Translations under genes and position numbers: made by a program
Notes under the pieces: generated by a model
The model's input: the letters and a program-made list of their open reading frames with translations, nothing else
Databases searched by the model: none
What the model was told of the DNA's origin: nothing
Part shown: positions 21,236 through 32,916 of the stretch, piece after piece
How positions within the stretch are numbered: the first letter of the stretch is position 1
How the letters are laid out: each line of letters opens with the position of its first letter
Source: an uncultured Clostridia bacterium
GTDB lineage: Bacteria; Bacillota; Clostridia; TANB77; UBA1234
Direction of reading: 5' to 3'
Assembly (NCBI GenBank): GCA_944393265.1
Contig: CALXZO010000004.1
Coordinates: 31,409 to 95,408, forward strand
Length of the DNA: 64,000 bases

Positions 21236-23040
21236 TTTCTTTTTCCTCCCTTAAATAACTTTCTATTTGATAACTTGTTAAGACAATATATTTATTTTCT
21301 ATTTCTACTTGTCCTATCTCATCTTTTGTTTTTCTTTCTCTTATAACTTCAATATTTGTTATAGATTCATTTACTTTTCCGTGTTCATATATATCTGCTT
21401 TGCCATCTGCTGATAACTCCAAGTTTGGATGTTTTAATATGTCATACTTCAAGTCTTTTATGGCTCGTTCTCCTCTTATAAATAGTAATGCATAATTATT
21501 ATCTAAAAGTCTTACTTCATCTGGTGTAAGTAATTCTCTACCTGCTTGTTGATAATTTGTAGAGTAACTTCCAGAGTGTCCTGTACTTTTACCAAAAGTA
21601 TTTGTATCAATAGTCTCTTTTCCTAATAGTTCAGATACATATTTATGTGTTGATTGTTCATTGCCTCCAAGATATAAAAATGTATCACAATTACCGAACT
21701 ATACTCTCCCATTGTTTTTCAAACAAAGCTTTTAATTGTGCTAGATTTTGTAAGATAATAGAAACACTTACATTTCTCGAACGCATAACAGATAATATTT
21801 TCTCAAAATCATCTGGTAAGCTTACATTGGCAAACTCATCTAAAAGGAAATGTACGTGTACAGGCAAACTCCCTTTATACTTATGGTCTGCTGTGTAAAA
21901 CAACTGTTGAAATAGCTGTGTATAAAGTATGCTTACAAGAAAATTAAAAGATGTATCATTATCTGGTATTAAAGCAAACAATGCTACTTTCTTTTCTCCT
22001 ATGGTGTCTAATTGCATTTCATCTATTCTTGTCATTTTTGCAAGATCAACAAGATTAAATTTTTCTAACCTTGAAGATAATGTTATTTGAATCGACTTTA
22101 ATGTTTTAGCAGAACCACTACGATAATCTCTATAATACTTTAATGCAATATGATTAGTATCTTTTAATTCTAATCTTTCAAATAGTCTATCTAATGGACT
22201 TTTATAGTCATCATTATCTTCTTTTACTTCTCCAGCTCTTAACATTTCAAGTACCATTTCAAAGTTTTGCTCATCATCTGGAGCTTCATATTTTAAATAT
22301 AATACTAATGCCATTAAAAGCATACTTGCTGCAGTATCCCAGAAAGGATCGTTACTCTGTGTTCCTTTTGGAGTTGTTGATTTAAAAAGATTTGTAACGA
22401 GTTTTTGAACATCGTTATCAGTCTTTAAATATACAAATGGATTATAACAATGTCCTTTCTGCATATTTATTAAATCTAACACCTTAATCTCATAACCTTT
22501 ATTAAGTAGTAAATTTCCTGTATCTCTTAAAATCTCGCCTTTGGGATCTAGGGTTATAAATGATGTATTACATTGCATTATATTTGGCTTACAATAAAAT
22601 CTTGTTTTACCTGCACCGCTTCCACCACACACTAAAACATTTAGATTTCTTCTATGCTTCTTACCATTAAGTCCTAGCATAACATTTTGTGTTAAAAGTT
22701 TATTTGCTGATATTGGCTTTTGCATATATTTAGCATTTACCTGTTTTGAATTTCCCCATTTTCCACTTCCATATTCTTCGTTTCTTCTGTAATTCTTTCT
22801 TGTGCTTACATACATTCCTAATGAAATTCCATATATAATTAAAAAAATAAGAATAGTTCTTATACAATCCTTACACCAGATTATATTAAATGGGTTATTC
22901 ATTACATCTCCAAAATTAGCAATAATATTAGGAATTCCACCATCTATATATGGAGCAACCAGTAAAGCAATCCATATAACAAATATCGATGCTATTAAGT
23001 ATAAAATATATTCAGTATTTGAATTATTATTATTCATCAA
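21168..23040 (-). CDS. virD4: VirD4/TraG type IV coupling protein, +1 shift at CGG-T (21694-21696)
   Basis: GGSGAGKT, DPKGE, LDEFAN; joined WESIV-(C)GGT-NCDTFLYLGGNEQ...GRELLTPDEVR is open to 21168. Confidence 0.9.
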
Positions 23041-23047
23041 AAACCTC

Positions 23048-23950
23048 CTATCTTACTTGTTCTTTAGATTTTGAATTCCTTTCTCTATCAATAGCACTAT
23101 ACATTCTATCAACAGTTGTAATATAAGTATCCTTTATTTTCTCAAGCTCGGCTTTTATCTCTTTTGAAGTTTCAGGCAAGTAGTTAGGTAGTTCAGCAAA
23201 TTTATCTTTTGGAAAATCTATATTAAATTTCTTGCAAAACATATATGAAACACAAGTTGATTTAAATTTCCTTTTCTCATTTTCAGTTTTATCAATACCA
23301 TCTTCATTTACTTTAAAATCAATTTTTGCTATTTCCATAACTAAATCTTGTATTTTAGAATCTGCGTCTTGCCCTCTAACAATTTGCATTATATTTTGAT
23401 CTGAATTATAAAGTGCTAATCTATTATTATCTATACTATCAACAACATCAACCTTAAATTTTGAACTATTTAATAACGATTTAATTATTGTTTGTTTATC
23501 TGGCAAATCTTTTATTTCTAATGCAGGTGCATTTGTACTAGATACATCATATAACCTTTTAGCATTATAAAATGTGCCATAAGTTCCATCTTCTTTAGTT
23601 GTAATTTCTTTCTTGATTATTATTACTTTTTCTTCTGGTTTTGAAACTTCATATCCATCATTCTTCCACTTTGAATATTCCCTTAAATATGTAGCACTTG
23701 GCATTTGATTAAGTATTAGCAAAGCATTACTTGCAGAATACATTTCAAACTTTGTCTGCACATCTAGATAATCTATAAAATCTTTCATATTCTTTCCTAC
23801 TTTTATAGCCATTTCATCACTTGTTTTATTTGCCCACTCTTTCTCTTTTCGTGCAACTTCTTTCCAACTAGGTTTGTAATCTTTTTTATTACCACCATAA
23901 TTATTTTTATATCCATCTCTATTTTTAAAAGTCTTATCTTGTATGCTCAT
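23048..23950 (-). CDS. ArdC-like ssDNA-binding domain protein
   Basis: YSASNALLILNQMPSAT...YSKWK...LYDVSST; GGAGG RBS before the ATG at 23950. Confidence 0.65.
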   Translation of the reverse strand: MSIQDKTFKNRDGYKNNYGGNKKDYKPSWKEVARKEKEWANKTSDEMAIKVGKNMKDFIDYLDVQTKFEMYSASNALLILNQMPSATYLREYSKWKNDGYEVSKPEEKVIIIKKEITTKEDGTYGTFYNAKRLYDVSSTNAPALEIKDLPDKQTIIKSLLNSSKFKVDVVDSIDNNRLALYNSDQNIMQIVRGQDADSKIQDLVMEIAKIDFKVNEDGIDKTENEKRKFKSTCVSYMFCKKFNIDFPKDKFAELPNYLPETSKEIKAELEKIKDTYITTVDRMYSAIDRERNSKSKEQVR

Positions 23951-24725
23951 TCTTTGTACCTCCTTGTTTATTTTTCTGTTTCTTATGTTTCTTTTTTGCT
24001 TTTTTATCATTTTGCTTTTCTTTTGTTCTTTCACTTACTTTTTGTTTCATCTCATTTTTTATTTCATTTAGTTGTTCTCTAACAGATTTCTTATTGTCTC
24101 CTTTTTGTATTGCGTCTTCTTTGTTCTCTAAAGAATGCTCTAACTGAACTTCTGCCTTCAATAAAAAATTTTCTGATACACCGTCTTTAACCTCATCTTC
24201 ATTTACTTTAGTTTCTCCCATTATATCTGCCATCTTATCGTCATCTATAAGTAAAGTATTTTCTTCTTGCGTTTCGTTTTCTGTTTTATTAACTACTTCT
24301 TTATCTTTCTCCTTAATAGATTCTGTACGAAGTTTCGCAGTGTCAGTTATAGATAAATCAAATCTTTGTACAATACGATTAACTCTTGGAGCATCATCGC
24401 CTCGTACCATAATATCAACAATAGCATCATCTGATTTATTTGTCTTATCCATTAAAGTACAATAATAAATTCCATAATTCTTTGCTTCCTCAACAAACTT
24501 GTCTAGGTCTTTTCTTTGAACAGTAAATATTCTAATATCCTTACAATTTTTCAGCATATTTGCAAGATTAGTTTTACCAATGCTATTTTGCTTATTATCT
24601 TTGGATATTGCATAAAGCATTGTAAGAGTTTCCTTAATTAAACTACCAGTAATTCTTACAACAAACTCTGTTCCCTCGATAACAATTCTAAAAGTTTGTT
24701 CAGCAGCATCACCTGTTGTGTTCAT
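23934..24725 (-). CDS. PcfB-family (DUF3801) protein
   Basis: MNTTGDAAEQ...GKTNL..ML...F...AK.YGI.Y...D..RVNRI; position between relaxase and virD4. Confidence 0.8.
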   Translation of the reverse strand: MNTTGDAAEQTFRIVIEGTEFVVRITGSLIKETLTMLYAISKDNKQNSIGKTNLANMLKNCKDIRIFTVQRKDLDKFVEEAKNYGIYYCTLMDKTNKSDDAIVDIMVRGDDAPRVNRIVQRFDLSITDTAKLRTESIKEKDKEVVNKTENETQEENTLLIDDDKMADIMGETKVNEDEVKDGVSENFLLKAEVQLEHSLENKEDAIQKGDNKKSVREQLNEIKNEMKQKVSERTKEKQNDKKAKKKHKKQKNKQGGTKNEHTR

Positions 24726-26109
24726 CTATAAATCTCTCCTTTCTGTTTTCTTTTTCATCTTCTTTTGTTTTTAATTCTTCTTTAATCTTTGGTATTCGTT
24801 CTTCAATACTTTTACACATTTCCACCTCCTTTTTTAATAGATTTGTTTTAAATCTAATTTCGCTTTTAGTCATAGATGTCTTACCATTTCGCAAAGCTTT
24901 CATATAATCTAAATCTAGGTTTTCAAGTTCTAATTCTAATGCTTGTTTATATAAAAAAAGTTCCTCACTAGTATGAATCTTTTTACTAGAAAGGAACGTT
25001 GCTTCTTGTGAATATTTGTCCATTTGTTCAATAGCTTTTCTCTTTTCTTCTGTCATTGGAATTTTACTTTCATATCGTTTATATCTATTTAACTTATATC
25101 TATAAAATAGATAAAGTCTATATAAACTTGTTCTATAGTTCTTATCTACCTTTGATAGATTTTTAAACTTATGTTTTGAATAATATCTTTTAGGATTATA
25201 TACATCATGGAAAGGTACTCTGGTTTCATTTTCTTCTAAAATTCTTTTACCAATTCTATAAATTGTATATTCATCTCCAAAGGCTCTTTCAATTCTTATA
25301 TTTCGTTTGTATCCATCTCGGCAAACACTTAATTTGTTTGCTCGATAGGTTAATGTGTAACCCATTTTATTTAAGATTTCTTCAAAATCTTCATAAGAAT
25401 ATGCTTGTCTTATTGCAGTATCAATATCTGCTTTTGTTGTTTTATAATATGGTGTATTTTGATATTTCTTTTGGAATTTTTCGTAATCTATCTTTGTACC
25501 TTTAGTTATCTTTTCCCTAATTACACTCAAATTATATTCCCTGCATAATTCATCAGACACTTGCCTTATTAAAGCATATTTTGTGTTGTTCATATAGTTC
25601 TTCCTACCATCTTCGAAAGAAACAGAATTCGCAATAAAATGATTATGATAGCATCTCGTATTTAAGTGTGTGCTTACAATAACTTCAAATCTATCTCCCC
25701 ATATTTCGTTTGCTAACTCAACACCAATTTTATGTGCTATTTCTGGAGTTACTTCGTTTTCTTTGAATGATTGAACTAAATGTAAAGCTAATATTCCTCC
25801 AGTCTTTCCAAACTGTTTTTTTGTTATTTTCATTTCTTCTTTTGCAGTTTCTTTTAAACAATTTATTGCAGTAACAAAATGCTGTTCTTCTGTTTTCTCT
25901 GGATTAGTTGCATAATCAAAAGAAACATCAAAATCATTATAAATATTTGGTGTTTCCTCATTATAATATGAATCATATTTCTGTAAAAATTCTTCTTCAT
26001 CTTGCTCTGATTTATTATAGTTTGGATTCAATGTTTTTTCTTCATTAGTTGTGTAATCTATTGCATCATTTACTCGACATTTAACTGCCCATATTTTTGT
26101 TATTGCCAT
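24709..26109 (-). CDS. MOBP-family relaxase
   Basis: MAITKI...YATNPEKT, LHLVQSF..NEVTPEIAH.IG, STHLN..CYHNHF. Confidence 0.9.
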   Translation of the reverse strand: MAITKIWAVKCRVNDAIDYTTNEEKTLNPNYNKSEQDEEEFLQKYDSYYNEETPNIYNDFDVSFDYATNPEKTEEQHFVTAINCLKETAKEEMKITKKQFGKTGGILALHLVQSFKENEVTPEIAHKIGVELANEIWGDRFEVIVSTHLNTRCYHNHFIANSVSFEDGRKNYMNNTKYALIRQVSDELCREYNLSVIREKITKGTKIDYEKFQKKYQNTPYYKTTKADIDTAIRQAYSYEDFEEILNKMGYTLTYRANKLSVCRDGYKRNIRIERAFGDEYTIYRIGKRILEENETRVPFHDVYNPKRYYSKHKFKNLSKVDKNYRTSLYRLYLFYRYKLNRYKRYESKIPMTEEKRKAIEQMDKYSQEATFLSSKKIHTSEELFLYKQALELELENLDLDYMKALRNGKTSMTKSEIRFKTNLLKKEVEMCKSIEERIPKIKEELKTKEDEKENRKERFIDEHNR

Positions 26110-26434
26110 TTCGGTTTTCTCCTAAAATATATTTTCTTTTTAATTCGAGAACTAGTTCTCCTATCATTCCAATTTGTTTGTTATATCGTTTCTCATCTAT
26201 GAATCCAAGACTATGTGCTTTCGTTGTTAATTGGTTAAGATTATTATTCAAAAATCTTAATTCTTTTAGCACATCATAAAACTCCAATGGTGGCTTTTCC
26301 TTTGGAGCATATCCTAGTGCAACTTCTCTAATATATGTGGATCTTTTTCTATATGTTTTTAATGCTCGTCTATCTATCTGCTCAAGTTCTTCATTACTAA
26401 ATTTTACACTTATCACATTTACCTTTTTACTCAT
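26081..26434 (-). CDS. mobC: MobC relaxosome accessory protein
   Basis: RHH-like N-terminus, NNNLNQL..KAH motif; overlaps relaxase start. Confidence 0.85.
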   Translation of the reverse strand: MSKKVNVISVKFSNEELEQIDRRALKTYRKRSTYIREVALGYAPKEKPPLEFYDVLKELRFLNNNLNQLTTKAHSLGFIDEKRYNKQIGMIGELVLELKRKYILGENRNGNNKNMGS

Positions 26435-26454
26435 ACTTTCTCCTTTCAAATTTT

Positions 26455-26520
26455 ATGGGGATTGGGGCTATGCCCCATATTTCTCGAAAATGTAGTATTA
26501 CATTTTCTATGCTTGCTATG
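26455..26520. promoter_or_regulatory. putative oriT
   Basis: Upstream of mobC: ggggc-tat-gcccc hairpin, gaaaatgta/tacattttc IR, then tatgcttgct; position and structure only. Confidence 0.45.
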
Positions 26521-26593
26521 TAACAAAAATAGAGCATCAGTTTATTTTGTAAACTTTGCTCTTTTTAAAGTTTAATTATTTTTTCTTTAAAAT

Positions 26594-27590
26594 TCATCTT
26601 GCATAGCTACGAGATTTCTTATTTTTTAATTCCATTTGATGAACTAAATAATCATTAACATCCTTGCCATAACTTGACGGTCTATCTAACACTTCATAAT
26701 CTTTTTTTAGTAAAAATTCTAATGCCTTTGTAGCATTTCTTCCTGCTATATCATTGTCCAAGTGAAGTATAATTGTACGAATATTTTTATTTGTTTCCAA
26801 ATACTTTTTTAGAACAACTGGTACTTTGCTTTCTTCTATTTTGTTTGCAGTTTGGTACACTCCAGATAAAGAAATCAAGTTGAATTTTCTAAAATCCATA
26901 CCTCTATTTTTAATCAAAGTTGCAAATGATAATAAGTCAACTGCTGATTCAAAAATATGAACTGTGGTGGAACTTTCTTGACTTAACAATCTAAAAGAAT
27001 ATTCCTTACTACTGCCTTTTAAATCGTACATAACCCTACTCGGATTTGTTGCTCTTGCACATCCAAATTTTACTTTATTATTCTCGTCATATCCAAGAAA
27101 AATAACGTTATGATGTTCTAAATCTTCATACATAAAATTGTTATTTAAGCAATAATTTATTATCTCTTTATCTATATATCTTGAGCTTAAATATGCAAAT
27201 ACTCTTTTACTCTCTGGATTCTTTTGTGGAAGAATAATCTTCTTTTCTTCTGCTACTTTTTTATATGACTTCACATCAGATTTTGGTATTGTTGTCTTAT
27301 AATTACCTGCATCAATATTCAATTCATACATTAGAGTTTCAACTGCCGTTTTAAAATTAGAGTTATCTCTTACGCAAACAAAATCTATTACATTTCTACC
27401 ACCTACACCGTCTAGAAAACCAATTCCACATACCATTACTTATCTTTAAACTATCGTGAGTTTTAGTGCAATATCTGTCGTTTCCCTCATACACAAGTTC
27501 ACTTGGATTTATTAAATTATAATATGTATAAAGATCCATCTTTTTTAGTTCATCGACAATCTCTTTTGGTACATATTTAATATTTTTCAT
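26594..27590 (-). CDS. DUF3991/toprim domain protein, +1 shift at CGG-T (27408-27410)
   Basis: HDSLKISNGMWNWFSR-(C)GGT-VGGRNVIDF; FESAVDLLS, LDNDIAG, GKDVND. Confidence 0.85.
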
Positions 27591-27976
27591 CGGCTTTCCC
27601 TTTCATTATTTTTAGTTTTAACAGACTTATTTTCCTGCTCGACATCTTTATCGTCTTTATTATAAAATTCATCAGAAAGACGTTTTGTTGCGTTTTCTAC
27701 TGTATATTCAAATGACTCGTATAAATTGCCATCATAGTCAAGCCATTCATCATAAAACATTGCTAAAACTTTATCTGTTTTTATTAAAGCTTTTATATCT
27801 TTCAGCTCTATATTCATTACATTTAGACAGTCTATTATTTCTTGTCTTGCACTAATTTCATAAGCTCTATCTATTGCATAATCTACACCTTTCATTCTTA
27901 TATTTTCTAAATACTCATCTTGTTCTTTTTCTAATTTTTTAACTAATTCTTCTTTCAAACTTTGTACTGTGTACAT
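27587..27976 (-). CDS. DUF3848-like protein
   Basis: K...EQ.EY...AYE...R..I...KAL...L...Y.EW pattern typical of Firmicute ICEs. Confidence 0.65.
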   Translation of the reverse strand: MYTVQSLKEELVKKLEKEQDEYLENIRMKGVDYAIDRAYEISARQEIIDCLNVMNIELKDIKALIKTDKVLAMFYDEWLDYDGNLYESFEYTVENATKRLSDEFYNKDDKDVEQENKSVKTKNNERESR

Positions 27977-28083
27977 ACTTTTCCCTCCTTATTTTCTTAA
28001 ATTTTAGAAAACAAAAAAGAGTTAGAATTTTAAATTCTAACCCTCTCAATATTTTTAAAAATTAATTATCTATATTTACAATC

Positions 28084-29454
28084 TTAATAATATTTTTCTA
28101 AATCAATAGTCCATTTAGTAGTATTCTTATTTATCCATTCATCACTATGACCTATCTTACTTACATCATTTGCCCATAAATCAATATTAATTGTAAATGT
28201 ATTATCTTCAATGTTATGAACAACAACAAAACCATAATTTTTATATAATTCATAATGACCACTATTATGATATTCTACACCCTTATCATTTAATTCCCAC
28301 GAATAATGATATGACATTATTTTATCGTTACCATGCGTAAATACCCTATTTACATTATAATACTCATTCATAACATCCATTGGTAAATAGCTAACTGCTA
28401 TCTTTATTACTTCATCTAATGTTATGTCATTAAATTCCTCTGATAATCCCAAATTTATTCTTATATCTGAAACATAATCTTTTAAACTAGCACCATTGTC
28501 AATATATAATAGATATTCTTCTTCTTTTGTATATGCTCCACCTTTTTTATATGTATCAAGTATACGAACTTTCTTATTACTTACTTGTGAATAAAAATTC
28601 TTTGTTTCTTCGAAACTGTCAAATGCTTTTGGATGATTTTCTAAATTAACAATATTTTTATCTGTATAAGATTGAATTGTTACATTATTTCCTTTTCCAT
28701 TTGATTTATTTTCAGATATCGTTGCAAATCCAACAACAAAAACTAAAAATATAAATAAAAGACACATTATTGCAAAAAGAAATTGTGTAAAGCAACCCCA
28801 TTTCTTTTTTTTTGCTTTTGGTTCCTTGTAGGGCATATTAAGAACATCTTGTTTTATTTGATTACACAGATTTTTTTGTTCTTCAGTTATATCATTATTA
28901 GCTTGTTTATACTCACTAACTATGTCAAGATTTGAATTAAAACCAGTAACAACATAATTTATAAATCCAATAGTATATATAATCAAAGAATTATGAACTA
29001 TAATATTTTTAAAACTTTTACCAGACTGAATTACAAAACTTTCTTGTGTTAATGGTTTAACAGCTGATATCTTACTTACCGCATATTCAAAGCTATCATC
29101 CTTACTTATAAATACAACTCTTTTATTTGTAATAATCAAATCTCCTTCGTGATATTTTCTAACATTACCACGAATTGGATTGCCACCAGAACCCCCAGTC
29201 CTATATGTTAATCCTTTCGCAAGTCTCACACTCACACCAGAAGATTTGCCTCTATATCCTAACACCTGCTCCTTATCCTTAAAAGTAAAAGCTGGAACTA
29301 CATAAACAACCACTTCATCCGCTTGTGGAAAAAACCCCATATAATTGACAATAGGTACACCTACTTGTAATTCATAAGGTGTTATATCTACATATGAATT
29401 GTTGTGATTATGCTGACATATTTTTTGTTTTGCTTGTAAAATATCTTCTACCAT
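28084..29454 (-). CDS. membrane protein of unknown function (cargo)
   Basis: 456 aa; glycine-rich SSGVSVRLAKG..Y and GDLIITNKRVVF N-terminal domain, central TM. Confidence 0.7.
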   Translation of the reverse strand: MVEDILQAKQKICQHNHNNSYVDITPYELQVGVPIVNYMGFFPQADEVVVYVVPAFTFKDKEQVLGYRGKSSGVSVRLAKGLTYRTGGSGGNPIRGNVRKYHEGDLIITNKRVVFISKDDSFEYAVSKISAVKPLTQESFVIQSGKSFKNIIVHNSLIIYTIGFINYVVTGFNSNLDIVSEYKQANNDITEEQKNLCNQIKQDVLNMPYKEPKAKKKKWGCFTQFLFAIMCLLFIFLVFVVGFATISENKSNGKGNNVTIQSYTDKNIVNLENHPKAFDSFEETKNFYSQVSNKKVRILDTYKKGGAYTKEEEYLLYIDNGASLKDYVSDIRINLGLSEEFNDITLDEVIKIAVSYLPMDVMNEYYNVNRVFTHGNDKIMSYHYSWELNDKGVEYHNSGHYELYKNYGFVVVHNIEDNTFTINIDLWANDVSKIGHSDEWINKNTTKWTIDLEKYY

Positions 29455-29548
29455 AATTCATTCACCTTTCTGTATCTTATACTAACTCTTGCACAATTTA
29501 TAATTTAATACCAAAGAAAATAAGATCTTAATATATAAACTTTTCTGA

Positions 29549-32335
29549 TTATCTTGATATTAAATTTATGTACATTTTCATCAATTCAGCAACACAATCT
29601 GCTTCAGTCATTTTTCTCCAATCAAATCTATAAGCTTCCATAACTGCTTTATCATTTTCTTGATGTGCTTTTCTTAATTCTTTTGGCATAGTAAGTTCAT
29701 CATATAAATCAGCTAATGAACTGTTAGGATACAATGCTCTTGCATCAAGTATAGCTTGAGCTGTTTGTGCTATTTTTTTCTTTTGTTCATCTGTTGGTGT
29801 TGGCCAAGGAAAATTATTATAAACTATTTCTTTTGAATATCTATAATCGCTTTTTAATCTTCCTGCTACTGTTCTCATCCACGCCATATGTACGTTTGAT
29901 GTTAATATACCAAATTCGTAAACTGTCGCATACGGAACAATTTGCACAGCATCTGATGCAATAATATTTGACTCCAAAAAACCAATAGGTATATATCTTC
30001 TTCTTTCGGAAGATACACGAGGTATTATTAAATAATCAGCATTATCTGGTTGCGTTATTTGTGCAAACAATTGTGGAACTTTAGCATATCCTTTCGTTGT
30101 TTTAGCGGGCGAATTAATCCTAAATTCCTTTACTGCTTCAACAACAGAATATAATATTTTACTATTTTTTATATCACTCGGAGCTGCATTCTTTAACCAC
30201 AAACACCATCTTTTTTTGTTATTTATAAATTCTAATGCACCTACATATTCATGAATCCACTGCTCTAATTCTGGCTCTTTTAATAGAACCGCATTTTTAG
30301 TTTCTAAATCTAAAATAAAGTTTCCTCCATCTCTTGGTTGATTTCCAAAACACATTTTTAAATGAGCACTAAGAGGTTCCTTTCTAGCTTGTACAAATAC
30401 ATTATCACCTTCATTCAAATAAGGACCTATCCCATCTACACTTTGTACATTTTTATTCTGTATATATATTTTCTTATTTTTTCTTGCAAATGTAGAGAAT
30501 CCTATAATTACACAATGAACTGCCGCCTTTTGACTTGATTCACTATTCCAAATAAAAGTTCTATAAGCAAAATTAATATGTACATTATATTTATTAAACA
30601 TCACATTCCATAAAATTGGTACTTGTGAGCCCTGGCAAATAGAATTTGTAGATACAAAGCTAACTTCTATTCTTGTATTTTGTATATATTCTGCAGCAAT
30701 TTTATACCAACAAGTAACATAGTCTAAATCTTGAACTTCATTTTTTTCAACAAAATCAAAAACACTTTGAACATCCTTTTTTTGTTCACTTCCCTGTGCC
30801 ATTATTTGAGAACCTATAAATGGAGGATTACCCATTATATAATTTAAATTTTCCTTTGGCACAACATCATTCCAATCAATTCTTAAAGCATTTGCTTCAA
30901 CAATATTTGCATAAGTTTTCAATGGTAGGAAATCCAAATTCATATGTACTATTTCTTCAGTTTGTTTCATCATCTGGCTTTCTGCAATCCATAAAGCTGT
31001 TTTTGCAACTGTTACTGCAAAGTCATTTATTTCTATACCATAAAATTGACTTATAGATACCTTTATAGGTGTAAAATTTAAATCTCCAAATGCAATTTGA
31101 CCATTTCTTTGTATTATTAAAGCTTCATTTTCTAACTTTCTTAAAGATATATATGTTTCAGTTAAAAAATTTCCACTACCACAAGCTGGATCTAAAAATG
31201 TTAGATTAGCTAATTTATCTTGAAATTCTTTTAACCTGTTATTTCTTGTTTTCACAACATTAATTTCTTTTATTTCTTTTAACTCCTGTGATAAATCATC
31301 TAAAAACAATGGGTCTATAACTTTATGTATATTCTCAATAGATGTATAATGCATTCCTCCCGCACGTCTTGTTTCTGGATTTAATGTACTTTCGAAAACA
31401 GCACCAAATATTGTTGGACTTATATCACTCCAGTCAAAATCTTCGCTTGCCTTTGAAAGTATTAACTCTTTAACTTCTTTAGTCAATATAGGTATTTCAA
31501 TATTTTCATCTGCAAACAATCCTCCATTAACGTAAGGAAACTCTGCTAAATCCTTTTTCATATAAGGATCTCTTTCTTCCACTTTTGTATCTAAAACTCT
31601 AAATAAATCTATTAAAGCAATTCTTAAATCATCAGCATTATGTTTTCTTATATAATCGTGAAACATATTGTGTTTTCCAAATATTCCTGCGTCTTCTGCA
31701 TATAAACAAAATACCAATCTTACACATAAAGCATTTAAACTTTTTAAAGTATGTTCATCTTCTGGATTTATATACAATGGTAATATTTCATCATATAATT
31801 TTCCTACTATTTCTCCCGCTTGAATAGAAATATCCATTTCCCTTTTTAGGTGCTCATTTCCTACATCAACTAAAAATTCTAGTCTATAATACTCTTTTTC
31901 AAGATTTTCTAGTAATATTTCCTCTGGTTCACCATTTGGATTTTCCATATCATAAATTAAAAAAGATTTAAAATTACAGGTTACTACATATTTAGGATGT
32001 CTTGATAAAGGTAAATCTGCAATATATCTTTTTGCCTGTTGAAAAGGTGTAAGTAAACTTCCATCAGATTGTTTTATTGCTTTTCTTAAATCTTTTTCTA
32101 TGCTTTTTTGTTCTATAAGAACTTTTGTACTAGGAATATATACATCTATAAAACCAGTTGATTTATCCATCATTACTTGATCTTCAAATTCTATAAAATC
32201 CTTTATATTTGCTACACCATATACTTCTTCAAGAAGTGATGTCCAAAACATTTGTGATTGTCCTTTTTCATAGCCTTTATCTTTCCAGAATTCTGCAAAT
32301 TGCTTTGCAGCTTTTTTCTGTTCCTTATCAGTCAT
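29549..32335 (-). CDS. MmeI-like type IIL restriction-modification enzyme
   Basis: 928 aa; nuclease ID...LIEQKS, YVNGGLF, GMHYTS, LDPACGSGNF, GNPPF, GRLKSDYRYS, YNNFPWP. Confidence 0.9.
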   Translation of the reverse strand: MTDKEQKKAAKQFAEFWKDKGYEKGQSQMFWTSLLEEVYGVANIKDFIEFEDQVMMDKSTGFIDVYIPSTKVLIEQKSIEKDLRKAIKQSDGSLLTPFQQAKRYIADLPLSRHPKYVVTCNFKSFLIYDMENPNGEPEEILLENLEKEYYRLEFLVDVGNEHLKREMDISIQAGEIVGKLYDEILPLYINPEDEHTLKSLNALCVRLVFCLYAEDAGIFGKHNMFHDYIRKHNADDLRIALIDLFRVLDTKVEERDPYMKKDLAEFPYVNGGLFADENIEIPILTKEVKELILSKASEDFDWSDISPTIFGAVFESTLNPETRRAGGMHYTSIENIHKVIDPLFLDDLSQELKEIKEINVVKTRNNRLKEFQDKLANLTFLDPACGSGNFLTETYISLRKLENEALIIQRNGQIAFGDLNFTPIKVSISQFYGIEINDFAVTVAKTALWIAESQMMKQTEEIVHMNLDFLPLKTYANIVEANALRIDWNDVVPKENLNYIMGNPPFIGSQIMAQGSEQKKDVQSVFDFVEKNEVQDLDYVTCWYKIAAEYIQNTRIEVSFVSTNSICQGSQVPILWNVMFNKYNVHINFAYRTFIWNSESSQKAAVHCVIIGFSTFARKNKKIYIQNKNVQSVDGIGPYLNEGDNVFVQARKEPLSAHLKMCFGNQPRDGGNFILDLETKNAVLLKEPELEQWIHEYVGALEFINNKKRWCLWLKNAAPSDIKNSKILYSVVEAVKEFRINSPAKTTKGYAKVPQLFAQITQPDNADYLIIPRVSSERRRYIPIGFLESNIIASDAVQIVPYATVYEFGILTSNVHMAWMRTVAGRLKSDYRYSKEIVYNNFPWPTPTDEQKKKIAQTAQAILDARALYPNSSLADLYDELTMPKELRKAHQENDKAVMEAYRFDWRKMTEADCVAELMKMYINLISR

Positions 32336-32520
32336 TATAATACCTCCACAACTATCAATTAAACAAATTATCCTTGATAATTCGACATTTTTATTATATC
32401 ATAATATGCCAAAATTGGAATATAAAAAGTTGAATTTGTCAAGTGTTAACCTAATTCAAACTATGTAATTAAAGCAAAAAAATAAGCAAAGACACTAAAT
32501 CTCTGCTTATTTGAGGTGTG

Positions 32521-32916
32521 TTATGCCACTAATTTACTTGGCACTAACGGAATATTCACATTTTGAGAGTTTTGCATTTCAATTGCGTTTTGAATGAAAT
32601 ATAAATACGAAATTATATTTTCAGCTATTTTATAAGCCTTTTTATACTTAAAACTTTGCTTACTGGTAGGTTTCTTAATTAAGCTGATATAATACTTTGT
32701 ATTATCTTTTAGTTTTAGCATTATTTCAAGTTCGCCACAATGAGTTTCATCTTCCATTTCTAACAATTTTATATTTGTTATCTCTTCAAAATTATGTACT
32801 TTAGGCTTTCTAAATAAATATTTGAATTTGTGAAATGGTACTTTGAATTGATTATTTATCGCATCAAAATATATGTGATTTTTTACTTGATAAGTTAATA
32901 TAAATTCATTTGGCAT
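32521..32916 (-). CDS. hypothetical protein
   Basis: ORF with GAGAGGAGG RBS before the ATG at 32916. Confidence 0.6.
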   Translation of the reverse strand: MPNEFILTYQVKNHIYFDAINNQFKVPFHKFKYLFRKPKVHNFEEITNIKLLEMEDETHCGELEIMLKLKDNTKYYISLIKKPTSKQSFKYKKAYKIAENIISYLYFIQNAIEMQNSQNVNIPLVPSKLVA

